20,000 nt of DNA from an uncultured virus (IMG/VR IMGVR_UViG_3300008113_000068). Lineage: Duplodnaviria > Heunggongvirae > Uroviricota > Caudoviricetes. The stretch lies in the IMG/VR virus record IMGVR_UViG_3300008113_000068; one strand, written 5' to 3'. The notes under the pieces are model-generated. The model was given only the letters and a program-made list of their open reading frames with translations, made no database searches and was not told where the DNA came from. A program made the position numbers and the translations under genes. Each line of letters opens with the position of its first letter. Positions within the stretch are counted from its first letter, which is position 1. This document shows positions 8,760-17,332 of this stretch, piece after piece.

Positions 8760-9377
8760 TTATTTTTTATCGGTGTTTAAATTTAATGTGTGATTTTCTG
8801 TGTTTTTACCATCATTTACTTTTTGTTCTAAAATATAAAATCCGGTGTTTTCATGCATACGTATTTCTAATTTGTCTTGTACTAATTCCATAAAATCATG
8901 TAACTCATCTGCGTTGAAACCAGAAAGCATGATTCCTTTGTTTCCTTTTACTTTGATTGACATATAGTCATTGAAATCAACATAGTAAAATTCTTCATCT
9001 ATTTCGATATTCTTTTTTAACGCGTTTGATTTTAACTTGATTGTTTTATTCAATCGAGTTACATCCATTTTAACTTGCTTATCACAATCCATTAGGTTTA
9101 CAATTGTTCTACATGCATGTAAAACAGTCGCGTGGTCTTTTTTCCCAAATAGTTCACCTATTGCACTCAAACTGTAATTTGTATGTGTTTTTATTAATTG
9201 CATCGCAACTTGTCTTGGAAAACATATTTCTCGTTTTCGCGTTTTCATTTTCAAAAAATGCTCTTCAATATTATAATACTTACAAGTTAGCTTGATGATG
9301 TAATCTGCTAACCGTATATTATGCGTTGAATTAGAAAGCATAATCATCTCAGCAACGCTATTTCTATTCTTTTTCAT
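8760..9377 (-). CDS. Stand-alone DnaA domain IV (C-terminal DNA-binding HTH) protein
   Basis: KTRKREICFPRQVAMQL...SLSAIGELFGKKDHATVLHAC matches the DnaA C-terminal signature. There is no AAA+ domain. Confidence 0.85.
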   Translation of the reverse strand: MKKNRNSVAEMIMLSNSTHNIRLADYIIKLTCKYYNIEEHFLKMKTRKREICFPRQVAMQLIKTHTNYSLSAIGELFGKKDHATVLHACRTIVNLMDCDKQVKMDVTRLNKTIKLKSNALKKNIEIDEEFYYVDFNDYMSIKVKGNKGIMLSGFNADELHDFMELVQDKLEIRMHENTGFYILEQKVNDGKNTENHTLNLNTDKK

Positions 9378-9379
9378 TT

Positions 9380-10864
9380 TTAAAATGGTGTTTCGGTTTC
9401 TAATGATGGACTAAAAAAATCTTCATTAGGTCTGATAGCTTTTGTTTCAGATTCAAATTCATCTTGTTGCACAAATGTACGATTATTATCTTCTTGTGCA
9501 AAAGGTTTTGAGGAGCCAAATGAATGATTTGTTAATTTAGTTTGCTCATGTAGGAATGTTAATGGTATTTCACCTAATTCACCATTTCTATGTTTTGCAA
9601 TAATCAACATAAATAAACCTTCTGTTTGAAATTGATTACTTCCTATTTCATATTGTTCTATTCCATAATATTCTGGTCTATAACAAAACAATACCATATC
9701 GGCATCCTGTTCTATTTGTCCTGATTCACGTAAATCCTGTAACATTGGTTTTTTATCACCGCGCATTTCAACACCACGACTTAATTGTGATAATGCAATA
9801 ACAGGTAAATTCAATTCCTTTGCAAGTGATTTTAATCCACGACTAATTTCTGCAATTTCTTGTTCGCGACTTGTTGTTCTAACTCCCGACCTCATTAATT
9901 GTAAATAATCAATTACGATTAATTGAATGTTTGATTCCTTCTTTAACTTTCTTGCTTTACCTTTTAATTCAAGAAGTGAAATGTTTGGTGTATCATCAAT
10001 GAAAATAGGTGTTTGTTTTAAATCACCTGCTTTCGTTGTTATTTGAACTATTTCATTTTCTGCTAATTGTTTCTTTACAATTTTTGAAACGTTAACTCCT
10101 GATAGGAATGATTGCATCCTAGAAACTAATTGCTCATTTGACATCTCAAGTGAAAATATCGCAATAGGCATTTGTAATTCCATTGCAGGATGAATACACA
10201 TTGATATTGCTGCTGCTGTTTTTCCCATTGATGGTCGTCCGGCAAGAATAATTAAATCTGAATTTTGCCAACCATTCGTGACATTGTCTAATAAATGTAA
10301 ACCTGTTGGTACACCTGATTTTTGTTTCGTCTTTAATATCTCAATGCTTTTAGCAATTATTTCATCATGAACTGCACCTACATTTTTTATTTCATAATTA
10401 ACTACTTTCTTTAACGCATCATCTAAATCGGTTTGTGTTTCATTAAATAGTTCAAATACATCTTGTGATTCATCAAATGACTTTTGTAATGCATTACTTC
10501 CAATAGTAATTAAATTACGTCTTAATGCCTCTTCTTGTAAAATGCGAATATGATGTTCAATGTTTGACGTTGAGCCAATCTTTGATGTTAAATCAGAAAT
10601 GAATAACGCTCCTCCTGCTTTTTCTAAATCATTATTGCGTTGTAATTCTTTTATAATTGTAACTAAATCAATTGAAACATTCTTTTTGTAAAGGTCAATA
10701 ATTGCCTTTGCAATAACCTTGTTTTTCTCCTCGTAGAATAGATTAATTGAAAATTCTGATATAATCCTATCAATGACTGTACTATCAATTAAAATCGAAC
10801 CCAATACAACTTCCTCTATCCCCGATGCTTTTAATTCTAATTCATCATTGTTTCTTTTTTTCAT
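9380..10864 (-). CDS. dnaB: Replicative DNA helicase DnaB
   Basis: AGRPSMGKT (Walker A), FSLEMS, IDYLQLM, LSQLSR, DLRESGQIEQDAD, AKHRNG; full N-terminal domain present. Confidence 0.97.
   Translation of the reverse strand: MKKRNNDELELKASGIEEVVLGSILIDSTVIDRIISEFSINLFYEEKNKVIAKAIIDLYKKNVSIDLVTIIKELQRNNDLEKAGGALFISDLTSKIGSTSNIEHHIRILQEEALRRNLITIGSNALQKSFDESQDVFELFNETQTDLDDALKKVVNYEIKNVGAVHDEIIAKSIEILKTKQKSGVPTGLHLLDNVTNGWQNSDLIILAGRPSMGKTAAAISMCIHPAMELQMPIAIFSLEMSNEQLVSRMQSFLSGVNVSKIVKKQLAENEIVQITTKAGDLKQTPIFIDDTPNISLLELKGKARKLKKESNIQLIVIDYLQLMRSGVRTTSREQEIAEISRGLKSLAKELNLPVIALSQLSRGVEMRGDKKPMLQDLRESGQIEQDADMVLFCYRPEYYGIEQYEIGSNQFQTEGLFMLIIAKHRNGELGEIPLTFLHEQTKLTNHSFGSSKPFAQEDNNRTFVQQDEFESETKAIRPNEDFFSPSLETETPF
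9472..9502 (-). promoter_or_regulatory. Internal Bacteroidota promoter TTTG-N19-TACATTTG in the dnaB 3' tail
   Basis: Full consensus and spacing, about 95 nt upstream of the DnaA-IV gene. Confidence 0.55.
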
Positions 10865-11460
10865 AACCCTAATATTTTCCCTTTCGATTTTACTGTTTCT
10901 CCAACTAATGTAACTTTCGCAATATTATTAGGAACCCAATAAATAAAATGCTTCGCACATTCACCAGCATCTACATAAACTGTACTTACTGCCATTTGCT
11001 CTTTTATGAATAATTCAATCATATTCAATATTTGATTCTTAGTCATCCTTTGTTTCATTCCTATTAAATCAATCAAACTTTGATTCTCTTGTAATTCCTT
11101 TTGAAATTGTTCTGGTGTTTTTTTTAAGTTAATGACATTAGTTTGTTCTCTGTTTAATAAACTCCTATCAATCAATTGCCCCCACATGTTGTTAAAAGTA
11201 ATTCTATTCAAAGAAATAGTTACAATTTTTGCATGGTGTAGTTCAACGAAATTCGATTCCCATTTTGGATAGTTCGGAATTTCTGAAATAAACATTTCAA
11301 AAGACATTGCATTTTCATCCAATGAGTCTTTTCCTTTGAAGTGTTTGATGAGGCAATTGATATAAAGAGATTTAGTCATTGAAGATATTTTGCAATCTTT
11401 CTTTGCATCAAATATCTGTTCAATCACATCAAGTGTAATTAATGAAAGCATGTTTCTCAT
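10861..11460 (-). CDS. Putative replication initiator/helicase loader; probable start 11460 (TAATG overlap with queE stop)
   Basis: Immediately upstream of and overlapping dnaB; C-terminal F..EQ....Y....ECAKHFIYW helical motif. Function is inferred from position. Confidence 0.45.
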   Translation of the reverse strand: MRNMLSLITLDVIEQIFDAKKDCKISSMTKSLYINCLIKHFKGKDSLDENAMSFEMFISEIPNYPKWESNFVELHHAKIVTISLNRITFNNMWGQLIDRSLLNREQTNVINLKKTPEQFQKELQENQSLIDLIGMKQRMTKNQILNMIELFIKEQMAVSTVYVDAGECAKHFIYWVPNNIAKVTLVGETVKSKGKILGL

Positions 11461-12176
11461 TACACACCTGTTTTCTGATTCCAAATAACTACATGTAAAC
11501 GTTCTGAGTATCTCAGTTGGTTTTTACGACATAACTCAGCAACCAACAATCTTGTGCGTAATAATTCTTCTTGTGATGAACCTGCTGGCATCAAAACAAC
11601 TTGGTCCATTAAAATGTGATGTCCATAATCATCAATCACTTCATCAAAATCTGATTCTTTTTCAATAACAAATTTGAAAATAGTGCTTGACAATTGATTT
11701 TTAAATAAATTCAATGCATTGGGATTTATTCTAACCTTTTTTGTATTCTGTTCACCTGCGTTTGATAGTTTAGGTGATACGTTCCAATAATCAACCCATC
11801 CTAACATATCTTCACTTGGTTCTATAGTTGCATTTGTTTCAATTTCAATGATTGGATATACTCTGTATTTTTCGAAAAAGTAATTAAAAAATTCAACAAT
11901 CATCTTTTGATGTATTAAAGGTTCTCCACCTGTAACAACCAAATGAACTTTGTGCTTTAAAAGTAACTTCTCATACTCCTCACCTAATACTTCTTCAAAT
12001 GGTAATGCTTTTGATTTACGCCATACCTCAATCGTATCGCAAATCCATGATTCTGATTGGCAGAGGATATTGCATCCACCTAATCGTAAAAATACAGCAG
12101 GTATTCCCATCGTTTGGCCTTCGCCTTGAATAGAATAAAATACTTCTGATACGGGTAATTTTTTTACAGTGCTCAT
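11460..12176 (-). CDS. queE: 7-carboxy-7-deazaguanine synthase (radical SAM)
   Basis: EVFYSIQGEG..G.PAVFLRLGGCN..C, CDT, VTGGEP, EIETN, VSPKL, KFVI, RLHV..W motifs. Confidence 0.95.
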   Translation of the reverse strand: MSTVKKLPVSEVFYSIQGEGQTMGIPAVFLRLGGCNILCQSESWICDTIEVWRKSKALPFEEVLGEEYEKLLLKHKVHLVVTGGEPLIHQKMIVEFFNYFFEKYRVYPIIEIETNATIEPSEDMLGWVDYWNVSPKLSNAGEQNTKKVRINPNALNLFKNQLSSTIFKFVIEKESDFDEVIDDYGHHILMDQVVLMPAGSSQEELLRTRLLVAELCRKNQLRYSERLHVVIWNQKTGV

Positions 12177-13231
12177 AATTCGTAAATGTCTTTAAGTTTT
12201 TCAATTATTTTATCTGGTGTGATTCGGTAAGGAACTTGCCATTCACTTATGAAAGTAAAATCTTTAATTCCTACATTGTCTTGAATTTCTTCAAGGTTCA
12301 TTTTTTCCTCTACAATTTTTGTATCGGGATACTTTGTTGTTAAATATGCCTTTGATAGAATTTTACATGCGTTTACAATTTGTTCCGCATCTTCATATAT
12401 CCAAAGTATGTTGTCAATTAATTTAAAAGCGGTGATTGAATCTTCCTGTTCTTCATTTACTTCCTCAGGTGGCGTACCAAACAAGATATCTAATTCAATT
12501 TCTTTTTCTGCCATATCGAATGGTTCAACATAAGGTTGTATTGTTTGTTCGACATTACCATTTAATTCAAAAAATAAATCAGACATTCCTATAACTTTTT
12601 CCTCTTCAACAGGTATATCAGTTATTTTGTCTAAGTCAGTTGGGAATACAAAATCTTCTTTTACTTCTAATGTTTGTTCGATTTGCATTTCTAAAACTTC
12701 CTCTTGCCATTGTTGTAATGGCTCTTCTTCTTCTTCGATAATATCAAACATTGAAATTTGTCCTTCGATTTGTTTGTTTTGTTCAAACGCATCCCAATCA
12801 AATTCAGTCATAGAAATCATCTTCTTTGCCTGGCGAACATCGTATGGTAGGTAGTTGCAAATTTCTTCAAGTTTGTGTGTGTCTGAAATTTGTTTCAACA
12901 TCTCGCCAATGAATACGTAATTGGTCAAAAAATAATCTCTTGAAATTTCAATTCTAACTAAGTTTTTTTGTTCATCCGATAAAATACCCATGTTAATACC
13001 CAAAACCTCATCAAAACCCAATTCTTTTAGCGCTTTGCATATTTTTGAACCTTCTAAACATTCGTAACCTGTTTCAGTTTCACAAACAACCACGTTTTTC
13101 AATTGTCCACGTAATTGAATTGACTTTTTCATCTTTTCAAATAACAAAGAATCGTTTTCTTTAATGTTGCGTTCTGAAAACTGAATGTCTGCAATTTTTA
13201 AATATTCCACTCTATTCCCCTGCTTCTCCAT
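12173..13231 (-). CDS. ParB/Srx-like N-terminal domain protein with a long acidic region
   Basis: LKIADI....N......FEKMKKSIQLRGQLKNVVV....GYECLEG....KALKELG resembles ParB-N; E-rich central region. Confidence 0.65.
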   Translation of the reverse strand: MEKQGNRVEYLKIADIQFSERNIKENDSLLFEKMKKSIQLRGQLKNVVVCETETGYECLEGSKICKALKELGFDEVLGINMGILSDEQKNLVRIEISRDYFLTNYVFIGEMLKQISDTHKLEEICNYLPYDVRQAKKMISMTEFDWDAFEQNKQIEGQISMFDIIEEEEEPLQQWQEEVLEMQIEQTLEVKEDFVFPTDLDKITDIPVEEEKVIGMSDLFFELNGNVEQTIQPYVEPFDMAEKEIELDILFGTPPEEVNEEQEDSITAFKLIDNILWIYEDAEQIVNACKILSKAYLTTKYPDTKIVEEKMNLEEIQDNVGIKDFTFISEWQVPYRITPDKIIEKLKDIYEL

Positions 13232-14022
13232 AATTCAGTTATGTATTTTTCTAAGTTAATGTAATATTGCAATGCTTCATGAAAATCAGTTGTTGGGTCG
13301 TAGTACAAAAGATTATTTCGTGTAAGATTTTTCTTTGGTATTTTTTCAAGTTCATGATAATCAAACAACTCACCAAACCTACCTACATTAATCCACGAAC
13401 TGCTATCAGCTGAATAACATGGGAATTTTTCAAGTGAATCTTTTGCAGTCAATCCCAATACATGCGTTCTAACCGTATCTTTTACTTGATTGAATACTTC
13501 GCCTAACCACTTGTTGCGACTTTCAACAGATTGGTCATTTGCGGGTGAAATACCAATGTAATTTAAGTCATTACATTCCTTGGTAATCAAGTCAAGGTAT
13601 TTTAAATCCTCAAACTGGTGAAACGTGTGAATGGTTGAATGCCCTTTCGATTTTATGTAATGGTAATTTTCAATACCTTTTTCACATGCAGTTACAATTT
13701 GTGTTTTTGTTGGTTTTGTTCCTTTAATATGTGGAATAACGTCTAAGTTGATAAAGTAAATATCATGTATGGTATTTATCTTCTTCACCTTATCAATAAA
13801 TTCGACATAATGGTCAATATCAATTTTCAAACCCCTGTTCCATGCTGAAAAGGCGCCCGAGTCAATTAATATCAAAAATTTCTTGTGTGTGTATGTTGCT
13901 AAATGTTCAACTTGATTAATTACTTTCTTGTCCTCGTATGAGAATAGATAGCTTGTAGCACCATGTGCCACAAGCCAATCTAATAACTCATTCTTTTTTA
14001 CAGCAGAAAAGATTATTCTCAT
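13198..14022 (-). CDS. dpdA: DpdA-like DNA-guanine transglycosylase (TGT fold)
   Basis: IDSGAFS, NLDVI, TFH, YIGI, HVLG and SADSSSW motifs. It lacks the tRNA-TGT zinc site and lies inside the que cluster. Confidence 0.85.
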   Translation of the reverse strand: MRIIFSAVKKNELLDWLVAHGATSYLFSYEDKKVINQVEHLATYTHKKFLILIDSGAFSAWNRGLKIDIDHYVEFIDKVKKINTIHDIYFINLDVIPHIKGTKPTKTQIVTACEKGIENYHYIKSKGHSTIHTFHQFEDLKYLDLITKECNDLNYIGISPANDQSVESRNKWLGEVFNQVKDTVRTHVLGLTAKDSLEKFPCYSADSSSWINVGRFGELFDYHELEKIPKKNLTRNNLLYYDPTTDFHEALQYYINLEKYITELWRSRGIEWNI

Positions 14023-14459
14023 TTCTCAATTGAAAATGATTGTAACCCACCTTCAGTACATGTTACATCAATACCACCACGTGTGTTGTACTTCGTAATA
14101 ACAGTTACATTATCATGACCAAGAACTTTACATAAATCTTTGTACATGCGATAAGTTACACCTTCTTGATAAATACCTACGTTTCTGTATGAAAGGAAAT
14201 AGTATTTCAATGCTTTCAATTCTAACGCAACATTTGTTGATGGGTAATACTTAATGATGATTCTTGCGATGTCTGGTAATCCCGAAAATGGACACACTGC
14301 TGAAAACTCATGTGTATCAATTTCGATTAACTGATTTTTTGATGGAAATTCAAAGGTGATTAATTCCTCTGTGCGAATTGCATCTTCTGTTTGAAAAGCC
14401 AAAACTTTTCCTTCTGCCACTTGACCTACTTTCGGGTCGATACTACTTACTGGATCCAT
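14019..14459 (-). CDS. queF: NADPH-dependent preQ0 reductase (unimodular QueF)
   Basis: EFSAVCPFSGLPD (catalytic Cys/Asp), QueF motif ELKALKYY, YQE and RGGI. Confidence 0.92.
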   Translation of the reverse strand: MDPVSSIDPKVGQVAEGKVLAFQTEDAIRTEELITFEFPSKNQLIEIDTHEFSAVCPFSGLPDIARIIIKYYPSTNVALELKALKYYFLSYRNVGIYQEGVTYRMYKDLCKVLGHDNVTVITKYNTRGGIDVTCTEGGLQSFSIEK

Positions 14460-14484
14460 TATATTTGTTTTTATTGGTTACTAT

Positions 14485-14715
14485 TTATAAACTTGTTATG
14501 TACGCAATGTTGTCTTTTATTTCTAAAACACCTGTGCATGTAATGTGGTATTTGAATTGATTGATGTCCGCCATGAAATCTTTCGTTGTAGATATGCTAC
14601 CATGAACCGATATGCCTTCAACTAATATTTCTTCGCCATCTGCAATAACTCGCCAACAATCTTTATCTGATGTTGCTTTGTTGTTATATCTAATTTTAAA
14701 TGTTTGCTTTTTCAT
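14485..14715 (-). CDS. Hypothetical beta-rich protein (76 aa)
   Basis: In-operon ORF overlapping the upstream gene. Confidence 0.7.
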   Translation of the reverse strand: MKKQTFKIRYNNKATSDKDCWRVIADGEEILVEGISVHGSISTTKDFMADINQFKYHITCTGVLEIKDNIAYITSL

Positions 14716-15106
14716 CTTCTTGTTGTTGTTTTAATTGTTCTCGAATTTTTGTTGCTGAAATGTTTGCTATTTCATCTGATGGTACGTGTTCAATAATATC
14801 ATATCCAACATCTCTTCCAATATTGATTGAATCAATGTCTGGGATAATAACAACTCTTATTACACCATCTTTTATCTCATTCACAAATCTTTTTTGCAGA
14901 GCATCAAAAATTTCTTCTGCTGTCCATGGATTTTTTTCATCAACTTCAACATCGCGAATTGCAATGCAAACGTTTTTACCCTCATTCAATGATTGATTAA
15001 TCAGCCATTGATGTCCATCATGCCATGGCTGCCAACGACCAATATACAATGCATACTTTTGTGACCCTGTTGTTTTGTTTGATGCTTTTACAATAATTTT
15101 TTCCAT
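14696..15106 (-). CDS. HIGH-superfamily nucleotidyltransferase (cytidylyltransferase/NMNAT/ATP-sulfurylase-like)
   Basis: IGRWQPWHDGH (HxGH), NP and ISATKIR motifs. Confidence 0.8.
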   Translation of the reverse strand: MEKIIVKASNKTTGSQKYALYIGRWQPWHDGHQWLINQSLNEGKNVCIAIRDVEVDEKNPWTAEEIFDALQKRFVNEIKDGVIRVVIIPDIDSINIGRDVGYDIIEHVPSDEIANISATKIREQLKQQQEDEKANI

Positions 15107-15582
15107 AATAATTCAAATGATTCTTCGTCTTTTTTATACGATGTGTTAATACTAAGTGATTGATAATTGTTTGTGTAAGATGGTTGTTCAAAATAGTCGA
15201 CATGAAATTGTTCGCGACCACGTTCTTCTATGCATTCAACAAAAATTTCAACTCCATTTAATTCTTTAACTATTTGTTTGCGTTGTTCGGCAAATGGGGA
15301 AACCATACAAACGATAGCCGTAATATCATTTTTGACTAAGAACCTGCAACAGTTTTGAACCATTTCAACATTCTTTTTACGCCCATCAATTGAGTAATCT
15401 TTGTTGTTGAATAAATCGCGTATTTCATCACCATCTAAAATAACTACTTTTTCGCGACCGTTGTTCATTAAATCCAATCTTTTTTTCAACAATTGAGCAA
15501 GTGTTGTTTTACCTGCACCCGGTTGTCCTGTGAACCAATATAGTTTGTGTTCGGGAATGTTTATTATTTTCATTACTTTCAT
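15088..15582 (-). CDS. cysC: Adenylyl-sulfate (APS) kinase
   Basis: WFTGQPGAGKTTLA, LDGDEIR, DYS.DGR..N, VSPF...R and FEQP motifs. Confidence 0.85.
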   Translation of the reverse strand: MKVMKIINIPEHKLYWFTGQPGAGKTTLAQLLKKRLDLMNNGREKVVILDGDEIRDLFNNKDYSIDGRKKNVEMVQNCCRFLVKNDITAIVCMVSPFAEQRKQIVKELNGVEIFVECIEERGREQFHVDYFEQPSYTNNYQSLSINTSYKKDEESFELLWKKLL

Positions 15583-15583
15583 T

Positions 15584-16258
15584 TTATATAGATTTTGAAA
15601 TGAATTCTTCGTAACCTTTTTGTCTTAATTCACATGCAGGGCATTTTGCACACCCATAACCCCAATCATGTCTTTGAGTTCTATCGCCATTGTAGCATGT
15701 GTGTGAATGTTCAATTACTTCATGAATACAATCATAGTCTTGTGCCATTTCAAATGTCTGTGCTTTAGTTAAATACATCAATGGTGTTTCAATCACAATG
15801 TTTGATGCAGAACCAATGTTTGATGCAACTTGTATTAAATCAACAAAATCTTTTCTGCAATCTGGGTAACCTGAATAGTCAGTTTGACAAACACCTGTGA
15901 TTAAAACTTTTGCATTTATTTTTTGCGCGTATGCATGAGCTAGTGTAATGAACAATTGATTTCTATTTGGTACAAATGATGCAGGTAAACCTTTTTCGTT
16001 TATTTCGTTTACATCACCATTTGAAGTCAATGCAGATTCAACTAAAGTATTCAAGAATGAAATATCAACTATTGTTTGTTTGACTTGCTCCATTTCGCAA
16101 ATTTTGATTGATTGGTCAATTTCAACTGAATGTTTTTGACCATACGCAAATGTAATTGCCTCTACTTCATCGTATGTTTCTAATGCATAGTAAAGGCATG
16201 TTGTTGAATCTTGCCCTCCTGAAAAGATTACAACTGCTTTTGTTTTTTCTGTTTTCAT
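15584..16258 (-). CDS. queC: 7-cyano-7-deazaguanine synthase
   Basis: FSGGQDS, YGQKH, VPNRN, YPDCR, TPL, TCY and C..CPAC motifs. Confidence 0.97.
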   Translation of the reverse strand: MKTEKTKAVVIFSGGQDSTTCLYYALETYDEVEAITFAYGQKHSVEIDQSIKICEMEQVKQTIVDISFLNTLVESALTSNGDVNEINEKGLPASFVPNRNQLFITLAHAYAQKINAKVLITGVCQTDYSGYPDCRKDFVDLIQVASNIGSASNIVIETPLMYLTKAQTFEMAQDYDCIHEVIEHSHTCYNGDRTQRHDWGYGCAKCPACELRQKGYEEFISKSI

Positions 16259-16259
16259 T

Positions 16260-16748
16260 TTATTTTAAAGTATAGGTTGCTGAATTTTTTGCGTGTTCAT
16301 AAAATGTAACTTTTGTTGCTTTAACGCGACCATTTGTTTCTTCTTCAAGGAATGAATTAATTGTAAAGAATAAAAATTCTGCAAACCTTTCACATCCTAC
16401 ATGTTCTACAATACGCAATTGAATGATGCCTTTTCGGTCTAACTCTTTGAACATATCAAGTTCAGGGTCATCTTGCGCAACAATTGTTGTATGGTCAAAA
16501 AGCCATGTAAAAAATTCATTAGGAGCCATTATCAATTCTTTGCCCATGTGTTCAATGTTGATAAAGGTTTTAGAACGTTTCATTCCTCCAAAATCAAATA
16601 CCCAATTGCGTTCATCTAATTCACCTTCGAAGGTTACTTTAAATGATACTCCATACCCATGTAAAAATTTACAATGTGTAGTATCTGCTTTCCATTGACG
16701 AAAGCACGTAGAATAACCATCAAACAATTTTTTTGATTGAAATTTCAT
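16260..16748 (-). CDS. queD: 6-carboxy-5,6,7,8-tetrahydropterin synthase
   Basis: HCKFLHGY, GELD..NWVFDFG, FDH and C-terminal E..KNSA motifs. Confidence 0.9.
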   Translation of the reverse strand: MKFQSKKLFDGYSTCFRQWKADTTHCKFLHGYGVSFKVTFEGELDERNWVFDFGGMKRSKTFINIEHMGKELIMAPNEFFTWLFDHTTIVAQDDPELDMFKELDRKGIIQLRIVEHVGCERFAEFLFFTINSFLEEETNGRVKATKVTFYEHAKNSATYTLK

Positions 16749-16753
16749 ATTGA

Positions 16754-17311
16754 TTATTTTATAAGGTTTAAGAATTCTTGTCTAGTATTCAACTCATCAT
16801 AGAATACACCTTTCATTGCAGATGTAGTCGTATAGCAATCATGTTTTTTTACCCCGCGCATTTCAACACATAAGTGTCTTGCTTTGATAACTACCGCAAC
16901 TCCTTTTGGATTTAATTTATCCATAAGGTACTGCGCGACATCATGAGTGATTCTTTCTTGATTCTGTGGTTTTCTAGAAAACATATCCAATGTTCTTGGT
17001 AATTTTGACAACCCAACAATTTTATCGTTAGGAATGTATGCAATAGATGCCGTACCAAAGAAAGGTGCTAAGTGATGTTCACATAATGAAAAGAAAGGAA
17101 TGTTTGAAACGATAATCATTTCGTTTTGAGAACCTTCATTTTCAAATGTAGTCATGTTAAAAGGTTCGGGATTGCAAAATTCTTTTAGAAATTTCACGTA
17201 GCGTTTAGGTGTATCAATCAATCCTTCACGCGTTGGGTCTTCACCTACTGATTTAAGTAATGTTTGTACTGCTTTAATCTCAGCTTTGTTAATCGAATAC
17301 TTTTTACTCAT
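16754..17311 (-). CDS. folE: GTP cyclohydrolase I
   Basis: GEDPTREGL.DTP.R, SLCEHH..PF.G, GLSK..R, QER.T and H.C..MRGV motifs. Confidence 0.97.
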   Translation of the reverse strand: MSKKYSINKAEIKAVQTLLKSVGEDPTREGLIDTPKRYVKFLKEFCNPEPFNMTTFENEGSQNEMIIVSNIPFFSLCEHHLAPFFGTASIAYIPNDKIVGLSKLPRTLDMFSRKPQNQERITHDVAQYLMDKLNPKGVAVVIKARHLCVEMRGVKKHDCYTTTSAMKGVFYDELNTRQEFLNLIK

Positions 17312-17332
17312 CTTGTTTTATTTATTGGTTAT

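Noticed and set aside
8760..10864. Bacterial chromosomal dnaA/oriC region
   Set aside because: The DnaA-like protein lacks an AAA+ domain, there is no dnaN/gyrB, and I saw no DnaA-box cluster (only a lone 1-mismatch box near 6849-6857).
13198..14022. tRNA-guanine transglycosylase (tgt) / host queuosine operon
   Set aside because: Too short, with no zinc-binding CxCxxC..H site, no queA/queG, and a phage context. DpdA fits better.
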